A stretch of 64,000 bases of DNA, from the NCBI RefSeq assembly GCF_001194135.2, contig NC_068981.1:133643661-133707660 (forward strand). Reading direction: 5' to 3'. Each line of letters begins with the position of its first letter. Position 1 is the stretch's first letter. The DNA is from Octopus bimaculoides (Eukaryota). A program made the position numbers and the translations under genes. Positions 49,295 through 62,489 of this stretch are shown piece by piece. The notes under the pieces were generated by a model that did no database searches, had not been told where the DNA came from, and saw nothing but the letters and a program-made list of their open reading frames with translations.

Positions 49295-49617
49295 GAGCGG
49301 TGGTGTATATATATCGACGAAAGATATTGATAGCAGCAAAAAAAAACGATAAAATGGTTCTTTCAAATGAAACCTTTTTGCGATATTTAATCCCCTCGAA
49401 TTACACAAACAACCCGTTATCTCGCTCGCCATCGTTGGTACAACTAAGCAGTGATTGGTCCGTTGAGAAAATATAACCATCGACGCTACTCTATCTATAA
49501 AGACAAAAAGTTATCGAAGCTTTCACAGGGTTGTTGCTTATGTAAAGTATATGAAGGATAAATATCTCCACTAGAGAGAGTACAAGTCTATTGCAGTCAG
49601 CATTTCCTAGGTAATCT

Positions 49618-49697
49618 GAGAATCAACCTTGAGAATCAACCTTGAGAATCAACCTTGAGAATCAACCTTGAGAATCAACCTTGAGAATCAACCTTGA
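49618..49697 (+). repeat. Perfect 13-bp minisatellite (GAGAATCAACCTT)x6
   Basis: Six identical units at 49618-49695 plus GA. Confidence 0.95.
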
Positions 49698-52240
49698 ACT
49701 CAGAAATCTAGAAGTAATAGCATTAATCAAACATATTTGTTACCAATGAACTTTAATATCTCCATTATGAACCAACGAGAGTGCCTCTACATCAATTCTT
49801 TCCAAACTTTTGTATATTTTTTTTTCTTTTATAATTTTGTTTTAATTTGAAGTTGAGAAAATTTGAAGTAAGCCTACTTTGTGGAAAAAAACACTTTCTT
49901 CTATTTTTTCTTTCAATCATTTTGAATTTAACATATTGTATACTTCTTAATCGTTGTGTTGGTAATGGAGTTGTCTAATTCAGAAAATTGTTTCGTTTTC
50001 ATATTTGTTCGTCGTTAGTTCATAAATAAGTGAAATAACACTGTTGAGTGCTGTTTAATTGTAACTATTATTTGAGCTATATAAGATGTTTAAAAACGTT
50101 AGTTTAAATTTCTTGCTTGCTGGTTGTTTTATTGTAATAGAAGATAAAACCAAAATTACTCAATAAAATAGAGTGAACAATTTTTTTTATAAAGTTGCCA
50201 GTGGATAAACAGAAGGAAAACGGTTGAGAATCCTTACTCTATGTGGTTGCTGGACCTTCGAAAAGTATTAACCAAATTCAAAGCACATCTTACCATGATC
50301 AAACATGACATATTAAATATTTTAATTCTTGTTATTTTCTCTAAAAGCAAGATAAGATTGTCGTGTCTGAGACACGTAGATCTTATGTCTGCTTCATTAG
50401 CTTTGACTTTTGGTTAAACAACAGCATTTCCATTAATCCATTAGTGTAATATAAAAGTAACATTTCAAAAGTTTATAATTCTAATATTGCTTAGGGTCCA
50501 TCTTTATAACTGAACTGGATGATATGTATGAATTATAAATTAGTTACTATATTTAACGATGTAAGGAGTAGAAAGCAGTAGTTCAATAACTAATATTAAT
50601 TTAATTTGCTCTTGACGAATTCGGATAACAACTTTGGATATGTTTCAGTCTTATATGAAGTTTTCTATTCACAAACACTCATTGGTTAGTCCTAAAAGAA
50701 ATACACAAAGTTAAAATAACTTATGATGGCGATATTTCATTTAATTTTAATTTTCTAGAAATATCTTTCATTGAATGTTTTACAGAGACACAAAATCATA
50801 GACTTATTCGGTCGACGAAATGAGAGAATTGCGATTGCACGAGATTAATTTATCGACAAAATGATTTTTGTGATGTTACTAGCATTAGTAACATAAAATA
50901 AATTATATGGCTATAAGGAATATAAAACACGTTATGACCTTACTCACCGAGATATTACTATTACTTCGCAGTATCAATTCTTTCTGTTTTTCATATTGTT
51001 GTAACAATCACGGTAAATGTCACGCTAGAGCATCGCCCATATCTTCGTCTTTCACGGTATGCTTTTTCATGCTATTTTTATGACACACCATTAAATTGTG
51101 GTGAAGTGTGCAGTTAATTGAATCGATCCATTTCATGATTGGTACATATTTTATTGATTTATTGAGGAATGGAATCGTGACGGAGAGATACAAAACCAAA
51201 ACGTTAGAACTCTCTTATCATGTTACACTAACATTATCCAGTTCTTTAGACTTTGTTGCACCGGTCTTGCTCTTTTTGTGAATAGAAACCACATCTAGTC
51301 TCACTGAATCTTAGAGCTTAAATGTTAAATAATGTAAGCTACTCATTCTGATGCTGAACTATTCTCCAGCACAATTGAATATTAAGTAGAAATAAACAGA
51401 CATATATCCCGTATTCATAGCTAGCTTTATACATACTTAACCTATCCAATGCATCTACATTAAATACCGGAGTATATTTGCAGCGAAATACGAAATAGAA
51501 AACATAAAATAAAATAAAAATCGATTTGCCAGCTGACTTACTGCAATATTGAGCAGAATTATTCAACGAGTAAACCAAACAATCGGTGCAATGGATATAA
51601 ATATTAAAAACATTTAGTTTCCTATTTATCTGTTTATTTACGCAATAGACTTTTGAATAATAAATCTTAGTCAAAGATGATGTTAACTTTATGTACGTGT
51701 GTGTGTGCGCGCGCCAGTGTGTGTGTGGATGGATGGATGAATGGATGAATGTATATATCGATATGATATCGATGCTGTTGTCCTCTAGGAGATATATACC
51801 AAATAAGCCGAAGAGACGAATCTTGATTTCCCATCTGCTTTATCTTTAAATCCATTCAAGTGGATTTACCTTAATTCTTCTGTGCCATATTTGTTTAGTA
51901 ATTCTTCGAAAATAACGGAAGGGAAATAAATATTGATTTTCATTGCATTCTGTTTTGATTGTCATATTTTACTTTACATTTTCTAACTTGAAATGATACA
52001 GGATAAAACTTCTTATCATAGGGGCGCGGGGAGTGTGTTTTCATACATGGAATATGTAACTAAATCTGTTATTGCCACAAACTATTTTTTGCCTTTCTAT
52101 CGCTCTCATTTTCCTATAAGCCATCATAGTATTTGCTTCAGTCACCTTCTCTCACACATATTATTCCTCCACTGCTCTTACTCGCTCTCACTCTGTCTCT
52201 TGATGTGCTCATGTATATAAATATATATATATATATACAT

Positions 52241-53329
52241 ACTAGCAGCTAAGCCCGGTTTCACCCGGTCTGTTTTAGATGATGTGGCTGTGATCGTTTT
52301 CGGTTAGGCATAATCTATAACAGCGTTTCTCAACCTTATCACTTCGGGTCCCCTGTTTCGATTGGAGCCTCCAGCTGTATGGAAATTTCCTGACTCCACC
52401 GCCCTTGTCAGAAAGCAGCTTCAGGAATTGTGAAGAACGAATTTGTACGTAGTCTGTTTCTGAGAGCTATTCTATTGTACCTCTATCTAATCATTAAAAT
52501 GTTGATTTAATTATGAACATAGAAAGAAATTATACATTAATCCCTATTTTTGTAAGCAGTTGTATCCGTAAAAATTTTATTTGTAGAGAGCAGAGATTGA
52601 AAGAAGATATATGAAATGCACGTGAGTGTGGGGGGGGGGTGCGTACGTGCTTGCGCGTGTGTATGTGAGAGAGAAAGAGGGTGAGAGAGAGAGATAGAGT
52701 GAGTGAGTGAAGGTGTGTGTCGGGATAATTGACGTCTTTTAAGGTACACACACATACACAGAAAATGTGAGGTCATCGTATAAAAATTTTACGATAGTTG
52801 ATTTATGGAAAAGATTATTTTAAATTTTTGAAATACAAATATGTGAATGGAAATTAAGTTCAGACCTCTACATGGTAGCTAGAGCTGGTAGAAATAGCAG
52901 CCAAATCTCCCTCAAAACATCCTACTGTCTTAATCCGACAATTCTGCCTATTATGTAGTTTGAATGAGGAACTGTAACTAAAGATTAAGATTATTAACCC
53001 CACAAAGAGGTGAAAGAAGAGAGACAGCATAGCGAAAGTTTTGGCTGACTGTCATCCTGTACTCCCCTTGTTGCTAGCGAAATGGTATATGCTGGCTGTG
53101 TGAGCAACTAGTTGTTTTAATAGCGGAACAAACAGGGAAATTCCATTAGAAACGTTTTAATCAATTTTCTCGGTAACTATGGGGGTTGGGGAAAAAGTAC
53201 AAACCGCATTCCAATCTATACATCCGTCCCGACATGTGTGCCATTTTTTCACGCGAATCCACCCAGCCGTTTGGCTGTGAACCTCAAGACAAGAATACAA
53301 CGATCGCCCATGTCCAATTTATATTATAG
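52241..53329 (+). mobile_element. Helitron-like (Lep1/HINE-type) non-autonomous element, copy 1
   Basis: Starts ACTAGCAGCTAAGCCCGGTTTCACCCGG after (AT)n, has an internal microsatellite, and ends CCCAGCCGTTTGGCTGTG...AATTTATATTATAG. These termini are typical of Lep1-like elements. Confidence 0.55.
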
Positions 53330-53713
53330 ACTAGCAGCTAAGCCCGGTTTCACCCGGTCTGTTTGGATGATGTAGCTGTGATCGTTTTCGGTTAGGCATA
53401 ATCTATAACAGCGTTTCTCAACCTAATCATTTCGGGTCCCCTGTTTCGATTGGAACCTCCAGCTGTATGGAAATTTCCTGAGACCCCCACCCTTGTCAGT
53501 AAACAGCTTCAGGAATTGTGAAGAACGAATTTGTACATAGTCTGTTCCTGAGAGCTATTCTATTGGACCTCTGTCTAATCATTGAAATATTGATTTAATT
53601 ATGAACATAGAAAGAAATTATACATTAATCCCTATTTTTGTAAGCAGTTGTAACCGTAAAAATATTATTTGCAGAGAACAGAGATTGAAAGAAGATATAT
53701 GGAATGGACGTGA

Positions 53714-53784
<71 letters not shown>

Positions 53785-53878
53785 CGTGCTTGCGCGTGTG
53801 TATGTGTGAGAGAAAGAGGGTGAGAGAGAGAGAGAGAGAGAGTGAGTGAGTGAAGGTGTGTGTCGTGATAATTGACGT
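53330..53878 (+). mobile_element. Helitron-like element, copy 2 (head-to-tail, 3'-truncated)
   Basis: Collinear with 52241-52735 and begins immediately after the end of copy 1. Confidence 0.7.
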
Positions 53879-54450
53879 AGCATGGATGTGACTTTTCAGT
53901 CCTGTTTGGCTCTTCAGTCTTTTGCACAGATATGACAACGAAGAGTGCCTCTTGCAGCAGGTGTTCAGAGAGCTTACTACACATCCTGGCACATGCCTTC
54001 ATTTCATCATGAAATTTTTCATTGGGTGCCTTGCCTTTTGCAGTTATGACCAGCTTTAGTGTGCAAAACATAATAGTAATGTTTACAGAAATGTTTAAAA
54101 TCAAACGCTGCCTGTGCCGGAGGTTTTATTTAAAATTAAGAAAGGCCTTCAAGGGAACAATCTCACTCTCTAAACAATGTATGTTTTTGCCCAAAAAGAA
54201 GGCGTTTTCTACATCATTGCTTGCAAACGAATTCGAAGGTGTTTCATCGGAGTTTTCCTTCCCCTAGTGAAATATATAAATAAAGACTAGGGCTCCTTCA
54301 CTCTCAACCGGACATCCGTTGATTTTATTCAGTTTGTACACCCTTTGATGGGTCTTGTTTTTTTGTCAGCAAAATGTGCAGCAAAAGCCACCCTTCTTAC
54401 CAAGCAGGCTTCATAATGTTGCCGGCTGAGTCGCCAACGCCCATCCAAGC
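53879..54450 (-). mobile_element. Highly decayed RTE-like LINE 3' end
   Basis: Frameshifted RCHICAK / LKSQTGLKSH terminal zinc finger, with upstream RLLFGQ and LGEGK remnants. Confidence 0.4.
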
Positions 54451-54504
54451 AGTAGGTTGTACTATAACATACATTCAAACATACATACACACAAACGCAC
54501 ATAA

Positions 54505-54615
<111 letters not shown>

Positions 54616-54830
54616 CTGTAATACCTCGATTATCGCTGGTGTGAGGTTCGATAACCCATGCGATAGGTGAAAATCCGCGAAGTAGAAACAGTACTGTACT
54701 GTATTTTTTTTATATATTTTTATAATTCTTATCTATCTATTTTATTATAAATGCAAAACAACACCACGGAGGAATCGACGTGAGCTTAAATAATAAGACG
54801 TGATAGGTGAACCGCGATATGGCGACGGAT

Positions 54831-54835
<5 letters not shown>
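54616..54835 (+). mobile_element. Tigger-like MITE, second family
   Basis: CTGTAATACCTCG left end and CGACGGATTACT right end; body matches 60557-60637. Confidence 0.6.
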
Positions 54836-54926
<91 letters not shown>

Positions 54927-55648
54927 GCGTGTGTGTGTGTGTAAAAGAATTGAAATGGGTTTAAAGGCTCACTACAGCTGTTACATACATACAACTATAT
55001 ATACATACACACATACGCACATACGTATGTATATAGAACCAATGAACACCGATTAAATTGATTAAAATTGAATCTTCTTTCCGTTTCCTAAAAAAATCTT
55101 AATGTCCATAATGAAATATGTTTTTTAAGTTTAAATAATTTTCATTTATTTATTTTGTAAACTTTCGTTTATTATTTTTTTCTTCCCATTCATTATTTTA
55201 TTTTGATGGACATATCCTTTCCATCTCATTCTCAACATTTCCATCTTGCAAACTAATAGCCTTTCCCAAACATATCGCTTCTAAATTTAAGTTGCCTTTT
55301 TTATAAAACACCATTGAAACTTAATATTCTACTTCATTTCCGAATTATAGTTAAATGGAAGTTTCTACAAAAATGATGTCGAAGACAATGAGGTTATCAA
55401 TCGTTTCACTGTACCTAGTTGTGAGAGCTTGCGTACGCGGAATCAATTCTCCACGAAATGGGCTTCTTTTTTCCCCTCTTTTGTAGATCTGTAACATATC
55501 TACAAGTACACAACTGAGAGTTACTAATGTACTAGTGAATAACGGTACTATTAAGTTGATTAGGTATTCAGCGGATCGTATCACTTCGCAAACGTGGAGC
55601 TGTGTCGAGGGAAAATATTTAATTCTCAGCACCTTATCAGCATAATGT

Positions 55649-55703
<55 letters not shown>

Positions 55704-57221
55704 ATGTATTGCATGTGTGTGTGTGCATGTATTGCATGTGTGTGTGTGCATGTATTGCATGTGTGTGTGTGCGTGAGTGCGTGTGGTGGGGTGTAGTGAA
55801 AGAAAATACAGATTGAATAGTCCAGGCGAATACATTAGTTATGCCTCTATGCAGGAAGTCCATTAAAGAGTATAATACTCCATATCGGTCATTTATACCA
55901 TGTGACAGGTGCAAACTGTAGATCCATAGTTATTCTCTGATAGGTTGATATATTAATCACAGTGTACGACGGTAATCAAAAACAGAATGAAGAATTATAT
56001 TCATATCATACTTCCTGTACTTATTTCATGGAAATCATTGAACCGTACTCACATCATACCATACTCTGCATGCTTAATTGATCAATTATTTGATGAATTG
56101 ATTAATCATTCTCATCAGGGCTTAAAAGTATCTGCTGAATTTTTAGAAAACAGTCACAAGCAAGCGTAAGTGGGCAGCTGATAGAAGACATCAAATTTCC
56201 TCACATTATTTATCTCTACGGTGAGTTCACATTCTTGGGAGGTATTGGTGTTAACCAACTTTGGAGAAGTTTAGTCTGTGAGACTTATTTTCCCGTTTTT
56301 CTCAAGACATTGGTTATCAATAGGGCGCTTGGGAATCATAGGGTTCCCACAGTTAACCATTTCACTAGGCCTATAGCTATAAGAGTTACTATTTATCGTA
56401 TTAGTGTTAATGATATTCCCTTTAAGAGACATTAAGATTCTATCACCTTCTTCATCCTAAGTAGATATCTGTTCCATCCCAGGTGCAACATACAATGCTT
56501 CAGTTATGTCGTCATTTAATATAAGATGGAGTCGACGTAGTCTAGACAGAATGAAGACAACACATTCTATTTATTATTAGAATAAAATATTGTCATCCCA
56601 TGTTTAGTTGTATTCAGCTCGGATAACACATTCATATAGGTCTGATATTTCAGAGAAACTCGTAAAATTTGCAATGTGGTAATAAGGAGACATCCAGTCG
56701 TTGGAGAGATTGTTAGTCGATATGACAGTGAGTGGTCATCAGAGAGGGCATCGAGCAAGACAGAAATGGGTCCTCAACGATGATTTGTATCGATCTCACA
56801 GTCCTCAGCAACACCTAGTAAAATACTGAGTCAATATTGTACCAAGTCGGGGTAACTATAGTATGTCAGGATATTTTTAGGCATGCATTGGAAGGAAGTT
56901 GACGAAGATTTGACATTGTGACCTCTGTGTTGATATCTTTTGTGCTGTGAATATAAAAGGCTGTGGAGTCGCCAATCTTTTTCATAGCATTGATTGTATA
57001 AGTTTTCTGCTGTTCGTGTTTAAGAAGTAAAAATGTCTTTAAAGTCGTTAAACGTAGTGATAGCCACTGATTAGAACTTTTGATTCGTTGCATAAGTGAG
57101 ACGGTCCTTGTTTTTTAAGTAACTTAACGTATTCATACGTGTTTATAATGCATTTTTGTATGCATGATTGGGCCCCGGTAATAATAAAGAAAACAATTAT
57201 TGTTGTTGGTTTTATTGCGAA

Positions 57222-57446
57222 AAGGTAGGCGACCTATTAAATTGCTAGCACGCCGGAAAAAATGTTAAGCAGCATTTTTTCCGACTTTACATTCTGAGTT
57301 CAAATTCCTCCAAAGTCGGCGCTTTCTTTCATCCGCTTGGGGTCGATGAAATAAGTACTACATGAGGTACTTACTTTATCGATGTAATCGACTTGCCCCC
57401 TTTCCGGAAATTGCTGGCCTTGTGCCAAATTTTGAAACCAATATTA
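57222..57446 (+). mobile_element. SINE family A, diverged
   Basis: GCTAGCACGCCGG...GAGTTCAAATTCC...CCTTGTGCCAAATTTTGAAACCAATATT. Confidence 0.75.
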
Positions 57447-57980
57447 ATATCATTATTACTATCTTCATTTTTGTATTTAGCTTGCAAGATTCTGGATGTG
57501 ATTTTAGGGTTGTCTAGAAGCAAACCATGACAATAATATCGTCAAACTCCTAACTCCAACAACTAACTTAACCAATCCAATAAAAAAAATCCTAATTCCA
57601 AACAACTAGTCTAAAAATTCTCCCAAACAAAAAATGTCTTAAGGACTAGTCTAAAAACCAACTGTAAGAACCAACCACCTTATCCAACAACTTCTGAACA
57701 ACAAAATGCATAACCCCAGCAACCAAACGAGATTCTTGTGTTGAAGCAAATTTTTTTGTATTTAGAGAAATGACTCTCCTTACGAGATTACAGCAAGACT
57801 GTCACTATCGCTATTGCGTTAGTAATAGTCTGGCTGAAAGGTAAAGTCGTCATAGAGTTAAAAAAAAAAAAGAGTGCTTGTTGCGGGTCTTTGCATTCTA
57901 GGTTCAAATGCTACCGAGAACAACTGATTTTATTCATTTTTCTATCTTTCTGGAGTAGTCAAGTACGAGAATCGATAACA

Positions 57981-58300
57981 TCGACGAGACTTCTCCCTTC
58001 AAAAACTGCTAGTTTTGCGTCTGAATTAGAAACAATTATTGCGAGGAGTAGTAGTAGTAATAGTTTTTGTTTATTTAACAATTATATGGAATAGTTTGGT
58101 TTTATAAATAGCTATTTCTACACATATTGATAATAAACTCTGTCAATTTTTAAAAAGAAATAAAATAGGAAAAAGAATATGAAACTCTTCCGTTTGTCGA
58201 CGAGACTTTTCCGATGGTGTCGACGAGACTTTTCCCTTCAAAAACTGCTAGTCTTGCGCCTAAATTAGAATCAATTATTGCGAGTAGTAGTAGTAATAGT

Positions 58301-58399
<99 letters not shown>

Positions 58400-58530
58400 T
58401 TCTGTTTATTTAGCAGTTATATGGAATGGTTTGGTTTTATAAATAGCTATTTCTACACATATTGATAATAAACTCTGTCAATTTTTAAAAAGAAATAAAA
58501 TAGAAAAAAAGAACATGAAACTCTTCCGTT
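57981..58530 (+). repeat. Local tandem duplication (57981-58196; 58220-58530) with (AGT/AGC)n expansion in copy 2
   Basis: Both units start TCGACGAGACTT and end GAAACTCTTCCGTT; a 23-bp partial unit lies at the junction. Confidence 0.9.
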
Positions 58531-59295
58531 CGTTCGGACAGTATTAGCCTTTCGTTATGTTCTCACCTCTGGCGTTCTCCAGTAGAGAATCTAATAATGA
58601 GCGATAAAATACACACATAATGTTTAGACAAGCTGTCAAGCTCAACTTTCGTTCTTTGCAATATCATTCAGTCGTCTCTCTATATATTTGTTGTTTAGAA
58701 GAAATGCTATAATTTATGCAGTTCAAAAGCATAAATAGAATTGGAATGGAAGTGGGATCGCTGCAACAGCAACAATAGCAGCAGTAGAGTTATGAACTTA
58801 CTGTATCTAGTTATTTTGCATTCTAGGCTCATGCCTTTTATCTTTTACTTGTTCACGCTATTGTGCTGGGTCACCATCTTTAAAGCGTTTGCCAAACAAG
58901 TCGGCCCGAGTACATTTTTTTTTATTTAGTCTGGAACGTATTCTGGCGGCGTCTTTTACCGAATCGGTAAGTTACAGAGTCTGACTCTGTCTGAAGACAT
59001 GTACGATATCCGTTAGGATTAAATGTTCTATAAACTGCTTTTATGAATGGCATTTATATTGTGACACTATTTATTAATTAGCGAATGCAGAAACATATGT
59101 AACAGCTCCGTGTTTATCTCTCATGATTGATGCGTTCTTTACGATATGTTTTATAGCCTAATTCGAACCTCAGAGTACCCTATGGGATTCCGCGGAGGAC
59201 ATTTAATGTGATTACTGATAAGAGCCGCAACCAAAACGTAAATTCGTTGCATAGTAAACGCATCCATTTTTACTTATAAATATATATTTTTTATA

Positions 59296-59690
59296 ATTTA
59301 CTTGTTTCAGTCATTAAATAGCGGTCATGCTGGGGTAAAACCTTGAAGAATTTTTAGTCGAAATAATCAATCCCAGTATATTTTGGAAGTGGGGTATGTA
59401 AGCTTGGTACTTATTCTATCGGGCTCTTTGGTCGAGCGGTTATATTACAGGGACGTAAGCACACCAACACCGGTTGTCAAGACGTGGTAGGAGACAAATG
59501 CAGACACGAAGACCCACACACACATTTTCAACAGGCTTCTTTCAGTTGCTGTTAACCAAGTCCACTCACAAGGTTTTGGTTGGCCCTAGGCAATAGTAGA
59601 AGGCACCTGCCCAAGGTGTGACACAGTAGGACTGAACCCAGAATCATATGACTGGGAAGCAAGCTTCTTACCACACAATTACGCCTGTGC
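59296..59690 (-). mobile_element. SINE family B, full-length diverged
   Basis: Collinear with 33133-33522. Confidence 0.8.
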
Positions 59691-59692
59691 GT

Positions 59693-59729
<37 letters not shown>

Positions 59730-60511
59730 TANNNNNNNNNNNNNNNNNNNNNNNNNNNNNNNNNNNNNNNNNNNNNNNNNNNNNNNNNNNNNNNNNNNNN
59801 NNNNNNNNNNNNNNNNNNNNNNNNNNNNNNNNNNNNNNNNNNNNNNNNNNNNNNNNNNNNNNNNNNNNNNNNNNNNNNNNNNNNNNNNNNNNNNNNNNNN
59901 NNNNNNNNNNNNNNNNNNNNNNNNNNNNNNNNNNNNNNNNNNNNNNNNNNNNNNNNNNNNNNNNNNNNNNATATATGTATGTATGTATATATATAGGGGA
60001 TAAATAAGTTCAAAAAAGAACAATTCAAACATTTTGAGAGGTCCATAAACAGAGAAAAAATGATTTCTAATAAAGATTCATCATATTCATAAAAAAAACA
60101 GCCAGAGCAAGTTGTAAGAATATGAAAATAGTACTTAAAAAATATAGTTATAGGTATACATATACCATAAACAATTATAGAAAATTGGAGGAGAAAAAGA
60201 TGTTGCATCAAAATTAGATTTAATACAAAATAGGATTCAATACATACGCGCGTTTCAAAGGACAATGCAAATATGTAAGAAAAAAATTATAATCATGGTA
60301 ATTATAATTAAATTTATGAATTGTCATTCTAATCGGTGTGAAGAAATTTTGGAAGGACATCAAAAAAGGTTTGATAAAATAAATTAATGTAAAATAAAAC
60401 ACAATAAGGGAGAATACAAAAGGGGTAATAGGGAAAAATCAGATATTTACTAGCAAGTTGTAAAAGTCGTAACCAACGGAGTGCTCTTTTATAATAAAAT
60501 AAATATATACA

Positions 60512-60551
<40 letters not shown>

Positions 60552-60556
60552 TATAA

Positions 60557-60637
60557 AGTACTGTTTCTACTTCGCGGATTTTCACTTATCACGGAGGGTT
60601 TTGGAACGTAACACCTGCAATAGTTGAGGGATTACTG
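60557..60637 (-). mobile_element. Tigger-like MITE end (same family as 54616)
   Basis: Reverse complement CAGTAATCCCTC...GAAAATCCGCGAAGTAGAAACAGTACT; TA at 60638-60639. Confidence 0.65.
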
Positions 60638-61274
60638 TATTTAATTTCTGAAGTTTACTTTATAATTCCTCTGCGGGATATATAAAATAGCTACCAGACA
60701 TATACTGAAGCCGACTGATTCAACTATACATCTCTCCTGAAAATTTATGGGTCTTTTGTCAATGTAAGAAGCTTGCATTATGTCTAAATCACATTTCAGT
60801 GTTTTTCTCTAAGATGCTCGTGGCTTTTTCTTCAAAGGTTAATGAACTTGAAATTGCTAGTAATAAAGTTATATAGCTAAAGACGTCTGGTTGTCTTGCA
60901 GAATAAAAGAACAGTTACTATATTCTATGACGTCAAGGCAAATAGGAATTCTATACTGACTATTTGATTAACAATAACACGATTCTCATTTTATATGTCA
61001 GGTATTTTCTTTCCATCTGTGTCATTGAGAATGACCAATTATGGTCGTGGTTATTCAGTATAATAGCAGTGCTAAGAGTAAGCATTTGTCGATATGCTGG
61101 TTATCAGATCTATATGGGAATAGCTGTGTTAGTTTTCGCATGGCGTTCGATTCCCCACTAACTCAGCTTGCCGGTATGTAAAAATACGACGAGATAACGA
61201 GACTAGAAACAGCAGTCAAATCATCTTTAAATCGAATGTTACTGTCTTATAAAAACGAAGAAGCTCGCATTAAA

Positions 61275-61352
61275 ACCACGTAGTTTTGGGTTCAGTCACA
61301 CTACGCTGTGTGTGAATATGGTTAGACAGAGATTTTGTGGAAGACAATCGTG

Positions 61353-61389
<37 letters not shown>

Positions 61390-61560
61390 GCGTGAGTGTG
61401 TGAACGCGCGTATGTGTGTGGATATGTGTATATGTCTGTTTACGTGTCCCCCACCGCATCTTCAAAACTAGTGTTGGTTTGTTTATACTCTTGTAACATA
61501 GCTGGAAAACGGTTGCTAATCATTTTGTCCTACGCACTAACGATCGTGCCAGCTTGCCAC
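61275..61560 (+). mobile_element. SINE family B, diverged partial
   Basis: GGGTTCAGTCACACT..., internal (GT)n, and TTGGTTTGTTTA...GTAAC body. Confidence 0.55.
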
Positions 61561-61659
61561 CTTAGTAAACCCTTCTACAATAGGTACAAGACCTGAAGTT
61601 TTGTAGGAAAGAGGCAAGTCGTTTAAATCGACACCAGGGCTCAGCTGATGAAGGTAAAG

Positions 61660-61899
61660 TAAAAAGTAAAGTTACCTTCTCAAACTATACTAACTCATAA
61701 GGGCCGGTTTCCCGCTTTCCATGGCGTATACATTACCCACCAAGACAGGACGCCGGTCCGTCGCAGGATTACTCATTTTTGGAGCAACATGAAATTAAGT
61801 GTTTTGCTCAAGAGCAACGCCTCGCCAGGTTCAGGAATCGAAGCCACAATCTTACGATCATGAGTTCAACACCCTAACCACTAAGCCACGTGCCTCCAC
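61660..61899 (-). mobile_element. SINE family C, tail type 1
   Basis: Head GGAGGCACGTGGCTTAGTGGTTAGGG; tail matches the GAAACCGG region of the 17903 copy. Confidence 0.75.
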
Positions 61900-61914
61900 A
61901 GCTGGTACCGAAAG

Positions 61915-62222
61915 GGAGAAAGGCAAAGTCGACTTTGGCAGCATTTTAACTCTGAACGTAAAGACGGACGAAATATTGCTAAGCGTTTTGTCTGGCGTGC
62001 TAACGATTCTGCTTCCTCGCTGCCTAAATCCTTTCTATTATAGACGCATGGCCTTAAATTTTGTGGGACGGGCCTTGTCGATTACATACTAATAGTATTG
62101 ACCCCGAAAGAATTAAAAGCAAAGTCAACCTCGTCAGAATTTGGATTTAGAAACTAAAGGTCTGGAATAAATACCGCAAAGCATTTATTCCGACACACTA
62201 ACGATTCTACCAACTGGCCGCT
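61915..62222 (-). mobile_element. Two adjacent SINE family A copies
   Basis: GGCAAAGTCGAC...AACTCTGAACGTAAAGAC (61915-62003) and a second unit at 62020-62222. Confidence 0.7.
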
Positions 62223-62489
62223 TTGTTTAATAATGATAATCATTTCAAATTTCTGGCACAAGGCGATGATGATGATGATGACGACAATAACAATGACGAT
62301 GATGACAATAACGATGACGATGATGACAATAACGATGACGATGGTGAAGGAGAAAAGGGGGAGGAGGAGAAGGTGAGGTTGTCACGGAATGTTGCAGACA
62401 TTGATGTAGTTTTCTGGAATAATGACTTGGAGAGGCGTTGTCACGAATGGCATGGTTGCCTTGACGAGAGATGTTTAGGAAAAGGAAAA

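Noticed and set aside
49618-49697. CRISPR-like array
   Set aside because: Contiguous 13-bp units without spacers, eukaryotic context and no cas genes.
56080-56125. Minus-strand CTGATGAG followed by a hairpin (hammerhead candidate)
   Set aside because: The GAAA box is absent after stem II and there is no stem I or III.
56640-56790. Possible RTE-like remnant (GHQRGHRARQKWVLNDDL)
   Set aside because: Only one weak motif with nearby stops; not enough to call.
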